Assembly: GCA_030704615.1 (NCBI GenBank)
Contig: CM060731.1
Location: 60,946,001-61,010,000, forward strand
Length of the DNA: 64,000 nucleotides
Source of the DNA: Takakia lepidozioides
Lineage: Eukaryota > Plantae > Bryophyta
Direction: 5' to 3'
Shown piece by piece: positions 23,659 through 36,580 of this stretch. Positions within the stretch are counted from its first letter, which is position 1, and each line of letters starts with the position of its first letter. A model generated the notes under the pieces. It did not search any database. It was not told the DNA's origin and was given only the letters and a program-made list of their open reading frames with translations. The position numbers were made by a program, and so were the translations under genes.

Positions 23659-24580
23659 ATGAAGATGGATCCAAAATTCATCATGAAGATGACCAAAATT
23701 GACTTAGTTTTCTTGCTAGTGTTGTTATTCTTCATTACAGTTCCAAAATCAGTAACATGTTACTTCAATAGTCTGCTTGTGGGAGAATTACTCATTTCCA
23801 GTGGTTACTTAACTGCTCTGGATACCCAAGAATACTCAGTTTCATCGAATTGTCACTTCCAGTATTATGGTCCAAATGGAGTCATGATCTGGTAGCTGAC
23901 TGATACTTATCGCCACATAGATACTGCTATTTGACATTGCAAGCAGATGGAAAATTGGTTGTATATGACTACAATCGAAATCCGTTGTGGGCATCTGGGA
24001 CAGAAGGTGCCTCGTGGGACCAATGCACACCTGGTGGTGTTTGATACTATGAAGCACTTCTATGGAGATATAGGGTTGTCCCTTTGTTGGGTCTATCACA
24101 TGGTGGATTATAACAATGGTGGATTATAACAATGGCGATCAGCGTGTTAGACTTTGGGGCATTGACGCACCATCTATTTGAAATCTGATCTATTGTAGCA
24201 TCAAATATGAGGTCCGGAAAATTTGCTGGATGCATGTTAGATTGACAAGGAGGTATAAAAAAGATGGCTAGAAGTACATGGCGGTGGCAGCCAAGTATTT
24301 AAAGGGGTTGTTTTGACAGTCTCCATCTCTATTTGAAGAACTATAGTGTGTTGATGCAGTGTGATGGCACTTTGTGTAAATATGAGATCACTTAATAGTT
24401 CAATCTAGATGGTGGGTTGCAATGTATTGGGAACACTCATTTCTTTAGCAAGAGGAGTTCTCGACTGATGCAACCAGCCTGCACGTTTTGCTGGAATCAT
24501 CTTGTGGATCCAACGTTATAAGGGACTTCGCTTGCCATGAATTCTGCAGGCTCCAAGCAACGCCCCCCACACTGTAGCAC
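23659..24580 (+). pseudogene. Secreted bulb-type (B-) lectin-domain pseudogene
   Basis: Signal-peptide-like LVFLLVLLFFITVP, then YYGPNGVMIW, CYLTLQADGKLVVYDYNRNPLWASG and VLMQCDG across frameshifts and stops. Confidence 0.6.
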
Positions 24581-25035
24581 CTGATTCGATTGGTAGTCTG
24601 TTAATGAGATCCTCTGTGACACACATGTCGGGGAGTTCATGTGATATAGTATCTACCAGTGTTGGACGGGTATTATTTTATTATAATACCAGCCGGGTTG
24701 TGGTATTGAAATATTTTTTCTTATGAATACCAGCCATTTCCATAGTATTACAATTTAGAATACTCGTAAAATTGTAATATCCATCGGTTCTCAACAGATG
24801 CATGACTTTGAATTTGCTATCAGTAATATTACTATTGACATATCAAGTAAATAATCAATGAGGAATGTTTGCAACGCAACTTTGGGTTGATTGCAACTCA
24901 AACCAACCAGCAAATTCTACAATAGTGTGGACCCACTACCAAAGTTGCAAGCACGAGTGTGAGGCACCAAGGATTTGCAAATCAATAAATGAATGCAAAC
25001 CGGTGAACACGTGAACACCATGCTTTGCAGAATTT

Positions 25036-26235
25036 CTACAATACTAGTGTCCGCAATAATGCCGGCTGAAATGAAAACTCTACTGCAACCCGCTGATAAT
25101 TATGTGTAGATACTCCATCTACTCCATAAAATGGACAAGGAGGCAACCTTCGCAATGTTTGTTGAACCATGTCGTACACCCATACTTGCATACATGTTAT
25201 CTCCCTCTGACGTACCTCGCTTGTTATGACCAGTTGGTTACCTGATACCACTCCACATATTGGATAATTTATACTCGTCGGATCACCACCTATACGTGGA
25301 ACTTGTACTTGTAACAGGGGGACCCACTCTTTGCTTGAAATATTGAGCTCGAAGACACTACACTCTGCGGTGGCCCGAGAAACTCTTTGCACGAGTAAGC
25401 GTCCCACGCAGTGAACAAGTGCAAACTTGTCGCGACAGCTGACTACTTCGGGAAGGACGTACGGTGGCTCGCTCCATAAATCTTGTTCAATGTTGTACGC
25501 AAGCAACCGGTATGGCCTTGTTCCCGACATGGTAGGAAATACAAAGTGCAAAACTCCTTCATACTCAACACCAATTACATCTACGTACTGGCTTGTAGAA
25601 TAACATGGTGTGTAAGGCAGGAAGTGTCCACCGTGTTTCCACGAACCCGATGATGCATCGTAGATCTCTGTGATCTGGTTTCTCTCGTCTTCACCCGCAT
25701 ACTCACGGTTGCCCGCAATAAGAATCTTGTACGTCTTTGTTCTCTCATCTATGAACATCTTCATTATAGCTGGGATCCCGAACCAACGATTGAGCGTATG
25801 AGGCAATATTTTGGAGCCACCGGTCACAGGGTTCCATACCTCAATGTCTATCCCATGGATATTATGACTGGGAGTCAACGCACATATGAGGCCTCCTGCT
25901 ACAAGCTCCACTTTAAGGATTTGTGGTAGGCTGTAGTGCCTAGGACTTTGGCTCCTACCTGCCTGCCACTGGTCGGCAATAAGATCGTACGTGCATAATT
26001 GTGCATTAACTCCTCCTTCAGTACATGAATCATGCACAAGAAAACCTACAGATGATTGCAGAAGAGGAGATGCTCCTTCAATTTGTGCAGAGGTCTTGCG
26101 GAATGAAGGAGAATCGATCAAAGAACACCAGTGTTTGCAAACAATGCGAAATCGAAGCAAACTGAAAACTGGCAAAAAAATAATTATAGCATCCACCAGT
26201 GCTCCGGGCAATCTGCCCCACACAGAGGCGTCCAT
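25036..26235 (-). CDS. Intronless F-box protein with a kelch-like/FBA C-terminal region (~399 aa)
   Basis: Uninterrupted ORF from ATG 26235. F-box VWGRLPGALVDAIIIFLPVFSLLRFRIVCKHW; AGGLIC, VWNPVTG..LP, TEIYDASSGSW, LLAYN..W, VWVYD..LPPCP. Confidence 0.9.
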   Translation of the reverse strand: MDASVWGRLPGALVDAIIIFLPVFSLLRFRIVCKHWCSLIDSPSFRKTSAQIEGASPLLQSSVGFLVHDSCTEGGVNAQLCTYDLIADQWQAGRSQSPRHYSLPQILKVELVAGGLICALTPSHNIHGIDIEVWNPVTGGSKILPHTLNRWFGIPAIMKMFIDERTKTYKILIAGNREYAGEDERNQITEIYDASSGSWKHGGHFLPYTPCYSTSQYVDVIGVEYEGVLHFVFPTMSGTRPYRLLAYNIEQDLWSEPPYVLPEVVSCRDKFALVHCVGRLLVQRVSRATAECSVFELNISSKEWVPLLQVQVPRIGGDPTSINYPICGVVSGNQLVITSEVRQREITCMQVWVYDMVQQTLRRLPPCPFYGVDGVSTHNYQRVAVEFSFQPALLRTLVL

Positions 26236-26659
26236 GGCCGCTATGCTTAGCCGCACAAATCTCTCCCTTCCACTGCCAACGTGAAGAGCAAAGACGTAAA
26301 AGAGCAAAGCTAGGCAACAATTGAAGAAGACGACTCGCTTCTGAGCCCCTTTCTACGTACATGTAAGCAGGGCATACTGACTAAACTTGTCGGCTTGTCG
26401 GTAGGACTTGCTCAAGGTATTTTTAGAAGATCTATAGTTTAAACCCGTTCACCTCCATGGAGGTAATTGTAATAGTTGTATACTTTGTACCTCCAAACAT
26501 ATTGTTTACGTATGGCGTTGATATCGAGCAGTTGCAGCTACAAACAATGTGGCCCTGTCAGCAACAGTGAAACTGGCTCCTCCATCTCTTATATGGCTGC
26601 TCATGGACGTATTGTCATGTTCAGCTTTCTTCGTTGGAAAGAACACTAAATCAGAAATT

Positions 26660-27025
26660 GAAACTACACATAGGGGGGTTATGCTCAGCATGGGTGGATA
26701 AGTCACTTTCATTGTTCTCAATGCATGTGCCAACCTGGGAGACCTGGAAAAGGGCAAGGAGGTCTACACAGAACCCTCGTGAATATGTATATTGCTTAAT
26801 GTGTGAAGGATGCGCTTCAAGTGTTTGACAATATCACTATAGTAGATGTCGTGTCATGGAATGCCATGATCATAGGATGCGCTCAGCATGGGTGTGGTAG
26901 GTACACCCTGCAATAATTTGAAGAAATGCAACAAGAAGGCCCGAAGCCAAACAGTATCAGTTTTACATCTGTTCTCGCTGCATGTAGCCATGTAGGCTTA
27001 CCAGATGAAGGCCGTCATTACTCTG
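26660..27025 (+). pseudogene. PLS-class PPR gene fragment
   Basis: VFDNITIVDVVSWNAMIIGCAQHGCG..FEEMQQEGPKPNSISFTSVLAACSHVGLPDEGRHY, with stops and frameshifts. Confidence 0.75.
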
Positions 27026-27429
27026 ATTAAATGAGGCAAGCTCATGGCCTTGCTCGCACAGTGAAGCAGAAACAGGAAAAAACTCTTGATCAGGAGAGAC
27101 AAGGTCTTCAAGGTATGACATGTTGGGTGAAATAATTAGTAAAGAGCAGGTGGTGGGCTGGATCTGCACCTGCCCAACCTTGGTTGATACTAATACCATG
27201 TACATCGCCTTCTTTTTACCCCTAATACGGGTTTTGCTCGGATATTGACTTTGCCAATATCAGCCTAGATAGGAGCCTACTGAGCCAGGCCGCGTACCCC
27301 TGAGCCCCACTTCTGTCTTGCAAGTAATGCTAGAATAGATAATAACAGTAGTGTGCAGTAGAAGGCCAACCATCATACACAGATACAATACTGATACTTA
27401 GATGTTGAGCTGAGAGTGATTATATGTTG

Positions 27430-28335
27430 GGTAAAGAAGTGCCCAGAATTTTCCTATATGATTCAAGGTCCCTCCCTGACGGGAATATGCCTCGAAATGC
27501 TCCAGCTCAAATTGGAGGAACATTCTGCAGATTGGATGAAATGCCCAGGCAGGCAGCCCTTAAATCATGGAATGCCCTCGGGCAGGGGCCTTCCCCTACA
27601 CGGAAAGCCCTGCCAGAAAATCTGTTTGTATTTATCGTGCCGTTAAAAAGCAGCATTCCACCTGCCGGGATGCACCCCATCAGCTCCCTCGAGTGCATTC
27701 CGGAATGCAGAATGCCCGGGACATTACATTTTTTTTTTAAACAATTTGGCATTTCTTTACGCAGGGTAATGCCCCTCCCCGATTTTGCGGGCCTAACGCC
27801 GAGGGCGTTACGCAGGGTAATGCCCTGAGTGGAGGGCATTCCCAGATTTTTGGGCCTGACGACCGAGGGCGTTATGCAGGGTAATGCCCTGAGAGGAGGG
27901 CATTCCCAGATTTTTGGGCCTGACGACCGAGGGCGTTATGCAGGGTAATGCCCTGAGTGGAGGGCATTCCCGAATATTCTGGCCTTCCCCTGGGGCTACC
28001 ACCCTCGGCGTGGGGCCCTTATATCATGGAATGCCCGAGCCTTCCCCTATACGTAAAACACTGGCAAATTTTTTTCTTTGTTATTCAAGGAGCCTCCCTG
28101 GCCGGAAGGTTCCCCTGATTTACAGGAAGTACCTTCCGCTTTTGGAAGGGTCCCCCAATTTGCGGGAAGTACCATCCGCGTGTGGAAGGGTCCCCCGATT
28201 TGCGGGGTTCACGTTGGGGAAGGGTCGTTCCCACGGCCCTTCCTGAATTTTCGAGCACCCAGAACTCGGGCTCCGCCCTCATTGCCGGTGCTCTCAAATT
28301 CAGGAAGGGCCTTGGGATCGACCCTTCCCTAATAC
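27430..28335. repeat. GC-rich repeat island with a 64-bp tandem repeat, probably a non-autonomous DNA transposon fragment
   Basis: Unit TTA(C/T)GCAGGGTAATGCCCTGAG..AGGGCATTCCC.. starts at 27808, 27872 and 27936, with a partial copy at 27757. Each unit contains a hairpin. GGAAGGG/CCCTTCC motifs follow. Confidence 0.65.
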
Positions 28336-28794
28336 ACAATATTATGTAGCATGTCTAGCAGGATTATACACCACTAGCAAATTCAGTATCATCTACACCA
28401 CATTCATTCACCGAACCTTGGGCAGGTTAGGGGGTCAGTTTGGGGTTCCAAAAGCCGTGTCGACGGCACTTTGGATCCCAACAAGAGAGTAGGGAAATGG
28501 CCAATTGGCCAATGCCATCAGGTGCTTAACCTGATTCCCTTTGTAACAAGGTCAAAATCCCTTCAATTAGGCTTAACCCAAGTGACGGGTTTGGGTTGGC
28601 ACTTAATCCAGCCAGGAGGATTGAAACTCTGAAAATTAGCCTATATGTGAGGCTCATTGTGCTACAAGGTTCAATGATCTGAAACTGTCAAGCCTGAAAT
28701 GACCTCTGCAAGAACGTCAGGAAATCATTTATGCAAATACTGCATTGGGTTTTCTCTATCCATGCAAACCACAACAGCCACCAACATGAGATCA

Positions 28795-31673
28795 TTAATG
28801 GTTGATGGTTGGGAAATAATGAAGAGCATAAGATATCAGAAACCCCCATACACCTCCAGCAAAGACTTCCAGTTTTGTGTGCCCAATGGATTCCTTCAAT
28901 GGCATATTACGCCACCCATCCTGGGAACCTAGTTCCTGCAAGTCGACTTGACCTTCCCTCATGCTTGGGAGCTGGACTGCCCTCTCAAAGAATCTGCTGG
29001 GTCTGATGTACGCTTCATTACTTGCTCCCTTGGTTGCTCCTTTAGTAAATGTCGCTGGCAAATCTGATGTGTCAGATGAGGCATTTTCTACTGGTGTTTC
29101 AGCCAATCCACAAGCTTCTGAGGGATGACCTTCACCCTTGAACATTGTTGCTGTAGCTGATGAGGCTGTTGGTGTTGAAGATGGGGAGTTCACATTCTCC
29201 ATGAAAGCCAGCTCAGCTTTCACTGGGCCACTGGCAAGTTCTGAACCAATTGCAGAAGGGGATGGAGCCAATGACGTATTGGCAGTTTGAAAATGAGGCA
29301 TGGGCATGTGTGTGAGCACCATCGTGTTGATAACTTTCGCTTGTTTTCCAACTGCATTTCTCACCCCCTGTATCAATGCACATCTTGGTCACCAGGTGCT
29401 TACAACTTTGCAGCTTGGAGAACACCAGTGCAGTGTGCATAGACTTCACTCTTTCAGATGAGATTGATAAAGGGATCTAAGTACCGAAACTGTAGAATAG
29501 ATTGCTGGCATCTGTAAAATCATTACAGCACTCTGTGACAGATGATGCAGCATGGTGATGGCTCCTAGAAACGAGTAGAAATGAGTGCACCTCAAGACGT
29601 TGGAAAGGCATTGACGGTGGGAGTGAAGTCTGCACAGCTCAGAGCACAGCTCAGAGCCCACACCACTGCTAGGCATACCCATAATTGTGCTCAAACATCA
29701 CATACAATGGATTTATAATATGGAGGTTGGTGTCCAGTAGGAGCACCCTTCTGCTTGACCAGGCAACTCATTAATGGCTCACATGTTGATGGCCACTTCC
29801 TCCAAGAAATTTCACAAGATGTTGACAATAAGCTGCTACTGACCTGGGCATCGTACATGACGATTCCCGCTAGCACCACAGACAAGCCAAACACTCCATC
29901 TGACAAACCCCTGCTAGTATACAGCCGTGCACACAAAGCTCATTAGCACAGGAGCATGAGCCTCTAGACTATCTGAGGGTGTGCTCTATTACACACGTAT
30001 CTAGGCCTTCTAGCAAAGCAAACCTTATTTTCCACTGATGTAGATTTGACAGGCTTTAGGGACCCCTTCCCACATACTCAGCCAAAGATTGTCAGGCACC
30101 GTGCAAAAACACTGGCATTAGCATACCAGCAAGGCAACTTCACAATAAAAACTTATTGGCCCTGACAAGGCTGTACTACCCATATTAAGACCTGCAGTAC
30201 TTCAAATGACCCAATTATTAAAAAAAAACGACATGAGCCATAAGTAACAACAGCAAACTCAAGTCAATAATCCACATGAATACCTTTCGAAAGCAAGAGC
30301 TGTTGCAGCTGCAGTCACAAACTGCACAATATCCATCACAAAGTTGAACTCAGGTTTTGCTGAGGGACTTAGGCTTACCAACACAAAACAATGTATCTCA
30401 ACAAACTACTAATTGTTGCAATTGAACTTTGTGAGCCATGGAGCCAAGAGTGAAGGAAAGAGATGCTTACAGCAGAATGGGAGGAAGGCATACCACCAGA
30501 CTTAGTCACAAGCTTCCAGTTGAACCCCTTCCCAGATAAAGATGAGGATAATGGCTTTGTGAGCTGCCCTGATATGCCCGCGGCAACTGAAGAGAATAGA
30601 ACCTGTCTACATTGATGCGATAGCAGTTACAAACCACAAAATCAATCGGTAGGTCTTTCACTCGTTGTGAGGTCACCATGAGTACCATAATTTCCACCTT
30701 CCCTTTCAATACCGCATGAGGTGATGTGGTTAATTAACTCACAGTACCAGAACTAAAAGGGGTGTGGTCACACAATTTTAGCACGCAACTTACAAGGTAT
30801 AATGTGCATGTTAGGTTTAAGAGGGCTGTAAAATCTTCGATTACAAACACACACATCTTGAGTTACATGTTGAAGTGCTTAGAAAATGGCTGGAGGCGCT
30901 TTCAATAATTAAAGGAAGTTTACACGTCAGAAAATATCCACGATCCCAGTCTGGGGTCGAAATTTCCCTCCTTCAATTCGCAAGGAAGACTTTCTACCCG
31001 CCGGTAGACCAATGCTTGAACTTAAGACGGACAAGCACCATTGACCTTGCCGGTGTAGCATCCATATAATACTTCTGCCTTCATTTGGGAATACAACAGC
31101 AACTACTTTATGGAGGATTCGAAAACTCAGCGAACGAGAAAGGCAGATATAGGTTTTTCGATCTACACCAATCTTTCAGTTGCTCTCCCTGCCAAGAACT
31201 GACATCCTCCTCTTACACGCTACTTGCACAAGAGATTTGACAAATGGAGTGACAGTTCAAGTGAAGTTAACATAGCAAGACATGGGCTTCACCTTCGCTT
31301 GCCTCCCACAGTTCATCGCCGAACCAGACAGCGGGTGCAACAGTCACAAATCTCAGTGCATAATCTGTCCTTTTGTACAAACTATGTGCAATTTATCATG
31401 CGGTATCCTTGCCTGGTTGTGAGCTAGTTCTTCGAAGCCTGCTATAACTTCCATCTGTAACCGCTTCTGAGCTCCATGTTGAACAGCCATCCCGTGGGCA
31501 TTCCGTCTATTGCCTATCCATCCGTTTTGCAGCACAATTGTGCGTCTGTCAAGCTGCCTTTGTTTGCAAAGACTTTCAACACGTCTTCTCCCACCTCCGC
31601 TCACCCGTTTGTGGGAGGATGCAGCTTGCAAGCTTGGTTTCCACCCACCCGCAGCGATAAACATTGCCGCCAT
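28795..31673 (-). CDS. DUF212 / YuiD-like divergent PAP2 (acid phosphatase/vanadium haloperoxidase-related) membrane protein with a putative organellar transit peptide; exons 31413-31673, 30471-30602, 30284-30321, 29844-29910, 28795-29367
   Basis: The spliced frame is continuous: EELAHNQ|VLFSSVAAGISGQLTKP..SGGMPSSHSA|FVTAAATALAFER|GLSDGVFGLSVVLAGIVMYDAQ|GVRNAVGKQAKVIN..LKESIGHTKLEVFAGG. Introns are GT-AG except the first (GC-AG). Confidence 0.92.
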
Positions 31674-32499
31674 CACACATAAATATCACAACACAAAACA
31701 ACACTCCAGAGCCTCTCCTCTTCCTCTTTCTACCGACCACCTAAACCCTACACCCTCAGCAAAACAAAAACAACAACTCAGCTCCCTTCTCCACCGCAGG
31801 AACAAAAGAAAACTGGGCACTGCTCATCTCTCCTCCCACCCCAGAGATCACCAGTCACAAAATATCAGCCCACAAATATTGCAAGCACCACATCATAGCC
31901 ATCTTCAGACTGCCACTGTCAGAAATGTGTGAATGAGCTCATTGGGTTCCAAGATCACAAACCAACAAAACTGTCCTGCATGCATAAATACATTCTGGGA
32001 TAGTAGTTTTTATCCATGGGAGCGGGTAGCTCAGTGGATAATACATTGCCTGTGGACGACTATGGCGACCCTGGATTCGATACTCCTCCCCTTGGGCCCA
32101 TTAGAAGGCCACCAGCATCAGTGCTATATTACACTCAAGTTTATTACTGCTAATTAACTACTTCTAATATAGTATTATTTTAAATGGTTTTTAGTATGCC
32201 TCTCATTTTTGAATAATTGGGAGTTTATGTCGCGCGTGTGGGACAGGGCGCGCACGGACGCGGGGTCGCCCCTCCCCCGCCCCGCCCACCCCCACCTGCC
32301 AGCCGCGCACCGCGGTCGGCAGCGCCCGCCCGCCCGCCCGCCCGCCCGCCCCCGCCGCTGGGTCCGCCCGCCATCGGGTCCCCAGTGGGTCTGCCCTTGC
32401 TGGGGTCTGCCCAAGCTCGGTCTGCGAGGTCTGCCCGCAGATCACCCCAGACCGGCACAACAGACCCAGACGCACCCGAGATGATGTGCCGCCCATCTC

Positions 32500-34579
32500 A
32501 CCGTGATGTCGCGCTGCTATCGTAGCCACCCGGATTTAGGGTATGGCAGCCACCGCCAATCGTGGGCGAAGACTGTTTCATCGATCTTTTCCTTCCTCTG
32601 GTCTGTTCTTGCCAACACGCTTCCGTCCTGCCAAGAACGTGCGTGCTGTCGTCCTTCGCTTCCACTTTTCCAGGTCGTATTGCAGGTGCTTTCGAGTGCG
32701 CGAAGGGATACTGCAGTGTATATGGCAGTGTCCGTCGATGCCCAACCAGAAAGCTTTCTTATACGTCCACTGCGACAATGTCTTCAAACACCAAAAGATG
32801 GGCCATTTTCCTGCAAAGACCTTTACTGGAAGAACGAGAGTCGCTCTGGATACATGGGCTCTCAAGTGCGGGTCCGCACGGCCTGTATTCCCTGGCAGAG
32901 AGTGCCTGACTTTGTACTTGGAGAGGAGAGTAGAGACGGGTGTTCCACCCAATTTTACATAAATGTGCATGTTAACACAAAGCCCGAACCGCGAAGAGCT
33001 CCAAGAGCTAACACATATCTAACCTCTGTCATGTCTGCACCATATTCCCGCACTGCCTCTTTGTTCATGCCCTGTGCTTGTGCTTGCCGGACATGTACAT
33101 GCATGATATGTAGATAGGGTTTAGGCTGTCTTACATGCTTGCAGAACTCCATGGGTGTCGATGACATACGACCCTGTCCAGGTATCAGTGTTGCTATGGA
33201 CCAGAGGACAAGCGCACCAACAATTTGACTGTCACGGATCCTAAAGTCAAGCGAGGAGGTCCGGACGTTGGGGCTTGAAGCAGTAATCCTCACAAAGGTC
33301 CAAGACGAAAGAAAAGCCCTGTTTAATCTCATGCTTGTGGCAGTGCTGAATACGAATGCCCGGTTCAGGCACTTCTGACTTTGTGACCGCATGCAGGTCT
33401 GTGGAGTATGCATTTTCCTTTGCCTTTGGCATGTACGGAAGGCCTGGGTCAAGCAATTATGCCAGAAAATCAGTGATCCGGGAACATCCTCGAAACTGTT
33501 GGCAGATATGGGCGACCTTATGTACTGCAGAGGTGGACCGCAGAAAGAAGACAAAGCTGTGAAATGGGTTAAGAAAAAATTGAAGGCAATGAAAAAGAAA
33601 TATCCGTCTGGTCAGTTGTTCCTCCACTACATTCATGTGTACTGGGTTCCCAAAATCGCTATGTGGTGTACTGTTGCCCGCAACATTCCACATGCAAGCC
33701 AAGATACTAATGCGAGCATCGAGGCATACCACGGAAACTTAAAGGCGAGACTTAATATGGGCAAAGGCAAAATGACCGGTCGAAGAGCCGATTGGCTCAT
33801 ATGGGAGTTGACTGGGCATGTACTGGTACAACATTCATCTGAAGACGCATAGGTTTATTTGCAACGATAAACAGGAAAAGCACATTTCCAATGCAATATG
33901 TGCAGCCCGTGACATACCTCTTTCACGTGTGACTTTGCTTGCAGCGCCTGGGCAGCCTGCTTACGTCATCAGCTCCTCCGATCCGAATACAATGTACACC
34001 GTGTTCAATTCACAGTCGCAGTGGGCCTGCTACACCTGCCAGTGGGCGCTGAAAGGCAATCTGTGCAAGCACCAGGTTCGGGTCATAAAGTTGCTAAAAC
34101 CAGACCTGCAAGACGGTCTCATTGTCCGGACATGTGGTTCCCACTTCGGTACTGTTCACGGTGGGCTGGAGAATTTGGACGAACACGACAACATGGCAGC
34201 ATGCGACTTCGAAAGCGGTAACCTGCGTGCAAGCGCAACCCTGAACATGGCAAAGTCATTGCTCACGGCAGACCTGTTGGAAGCTATTTTGAAACGGGAG
34301 ATAACCGACCTGCTTGACCTTGTACACAACGACGCATACAAAAAAGCTTCCGACATATTACACCCGGCTGCAGCACGAGCGTTCAATCGTGTAAAAGACA
34401 ACAACAACATGTCATTGAAGAGGAAAAAGGATTTTGTGGACCATTTTCAAGCTCGGCGGAAAATGAAACTAAATGGGGGGAAACGTGTGTCTGCCCTTCC
34501 CCCTGTTAGCCATATTTACTCGGCTCTGAGGCGGGTGTCTCATCGTCCAGAACTGAGAAAGATGGATCAATCTAACTAA
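32500..34579 (+). mobile_element. Second MULE transposase with SWIM finger, internally deleted and frameshifted
   Basis: CCYGPED, FLCLWHVRKAW, HASQDTNASIEAYHGNLK and SWIM CYTCQWALKGNLCKHQ. Most of the DD core appears to be missing. Confidence 0.8.
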
Positions 34580-35530
34580 GAAAAGGACCTGCAGTTGTGC
34601 AATGCGGTAGATCAATTCTCACCTGCAGTAGACCAGATCGGCAGACCATAATCGGACACCACCTGCAGTAGACCAGATCGGCAGTCCGTTATTGCAGACC
34701 ACCTGAATTAGACCATTTCGGCAGACCATGATAGCACACCACCTGCAGTAGACCAACACTGACTTGTAATAGACCAATGCGGCACAGCATCTGCGACTCC
34801 CTTAATGTGCTTTTTAAAGGTTTGATGAAGGAGACCATGAAGTCGAAAAATGAGCCAAAGTGAACCAGTAAACGAATGTAGTAGAGTAATGAAGCAAGCA
34901 TAGTTCAATGAAGTAGACCAAAGACAGTACACTCGACTAACGATGGGACTGACTTGTGCCCCACATTTAGCCAACCACCGAATTTAGTATACCACTATGT
35001 CACGGAGCAGACCAGCAACTGTGGTCCAAACTCAGTCCGCTGGAGGTAGCAGACCAATAACATTAATTCAGTAGCAGACCACGTCGAGGAGAACTGCATA
35101 TATCGACAGATCAATAACATCGGACCAGCAAAACGTGGATCACTACTCAATACAAAACGTAGTAGTAGAGTAGACCACGATAGCAGACTCATGAAATGTT
35201 CCACAGACCATATGAAGCAGACCAATACAGTACAGGGGTAACCCAAGACAGTACACTCGACTAACGATGGGACTGACCTGTGCCACCGAATTTGGTATAC
35301 CACTATTTCATGGAGGAGACCAACAACCGTGGTCCAAATTAAGTCTACTCCGTGGAGATAGCAGACCAATCACTTCAGAAGCAGACCACGGCCAGGAGTA
35401 CAGCATACAAAACATCGAACAGAAATGTTTAGCAATAGACCACGACAGCAGACTAATGAAATGTTCCACAAAAGTGTACATCATATATAAAAATGAACAG
35501 ACCTGCACCACAGACCACATGAGTGAATTT

Positions 35531-36580
35531 TCATTTATTGCCAGGCCTAGATGAAATAACCCGGACTTCGGAAGAGTCTGACACGTCCGAGATCTTCCTA
35601 GATGACAACTGTCTTTCTACAACTACATTCTCCATAGTCCTGAGTGCTTTCAAAATGTACTCAACACACTTTAGGCGTTGTCTGCAAGCATAGCGGAATG
35701 TAAACCACTTTGAGGTAAACGGCTTTCCTCTCTCTCTAAGTCCTTTGCCACGATTGCCCTTCAACCAGTCGTAGAACCCCTCGATAAAGGACATGACGTA
35801 AAAGCCACATTCCCAAGAGAAGGGTTCATGTGGCACTTCAAGGACATGAAAATTGAATCCAATGGCCTCGTCCTATGATGCAGTGTGCGGCTCCAAGCCG
35901 AGACATGCTCCATACACATTTCGAACCCATGGCAATATCTCCACGGGTTTGTGCATCTCCTTGATTGAGTTCAGATGAGTGAACACGCGGAGCACCCGGT
36001 CAATAATCACCAAACTCCAATGAGACCTGCTACAACGCAGGGCGCATCAGCACAAGGGAACAGCTGCAAATCAAAATGGCAGACCCATTGAGCAGACTGG
36101 TAGACCTTGGTAGACCAATGTTGCAGACCAGTGATGGTGGACTAATGATAAAGGGCAGAGAAACAGTGGTACGCACGAACGCAGAGCACTTACCCATCAA
36201 CTATTGATACCAGTATGTACTTGCAGCTTCAGGTCCTTCCCCATACGATGCACTATCAATCCGTGCTCCGCCTGCGAGTGAACCCGTTCCTGACCTGCAC
36301 TCCAGTGAATCTTCACTACACTCCAAACCCACGTCGGCAAAATAGCAACATCATTATATGTCTTGACATCCAGATCCTTCTGAGAAAACCTACACCGCAA
36401 CTCAAGCAATCGGTCTGTAACCTCGGATTCCTGTTTCTCTAGCGATTTGAGGTCCTCGGTGGAAATACTGCACTCAAATTGTGGGTCATTTTCAAAAAAG
36501 TACAGCATTGCTTTTCCCTCAGAGATATGTGCGTTGAAAGTGGAGCCAAATCGGGCAGTGAACCTGCACAAACTCGGGAA
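35531..36580 (-). pseudogene. Ulp1/C48 SUMO-protease-like domain (MULE cargo gene), multi-exon
   Basis: STEDLKSLE..TDRLLEL, intron ~36028-36195, then SHWSLVIID..FTHLNS..(TAG)..VPHEPFSWECGFYVM. Confidence 0.75.

Noticed and set aside
27757-27975. CRISPR-like palindromic repeats
   Set aside because: The inter-repeat sequences are near-identical (a tandem repeat, not unique spacers), there are no cas genes and the context is eukaryotic.
32016-32090. tRNA gene (A-box and B-box-like motifs; similar at 23525-23590)
   Set aside because: No convincing cloverleaf or acceptor stem. At most these are decayed tRNA-derived SINE heads.
32175-32529. Multiple overlapping Gly/Arg/Pro-rich ORFs
   Set aside because: A by-product of a very GC-rich low-complexity stretch near the MULE 5' end.
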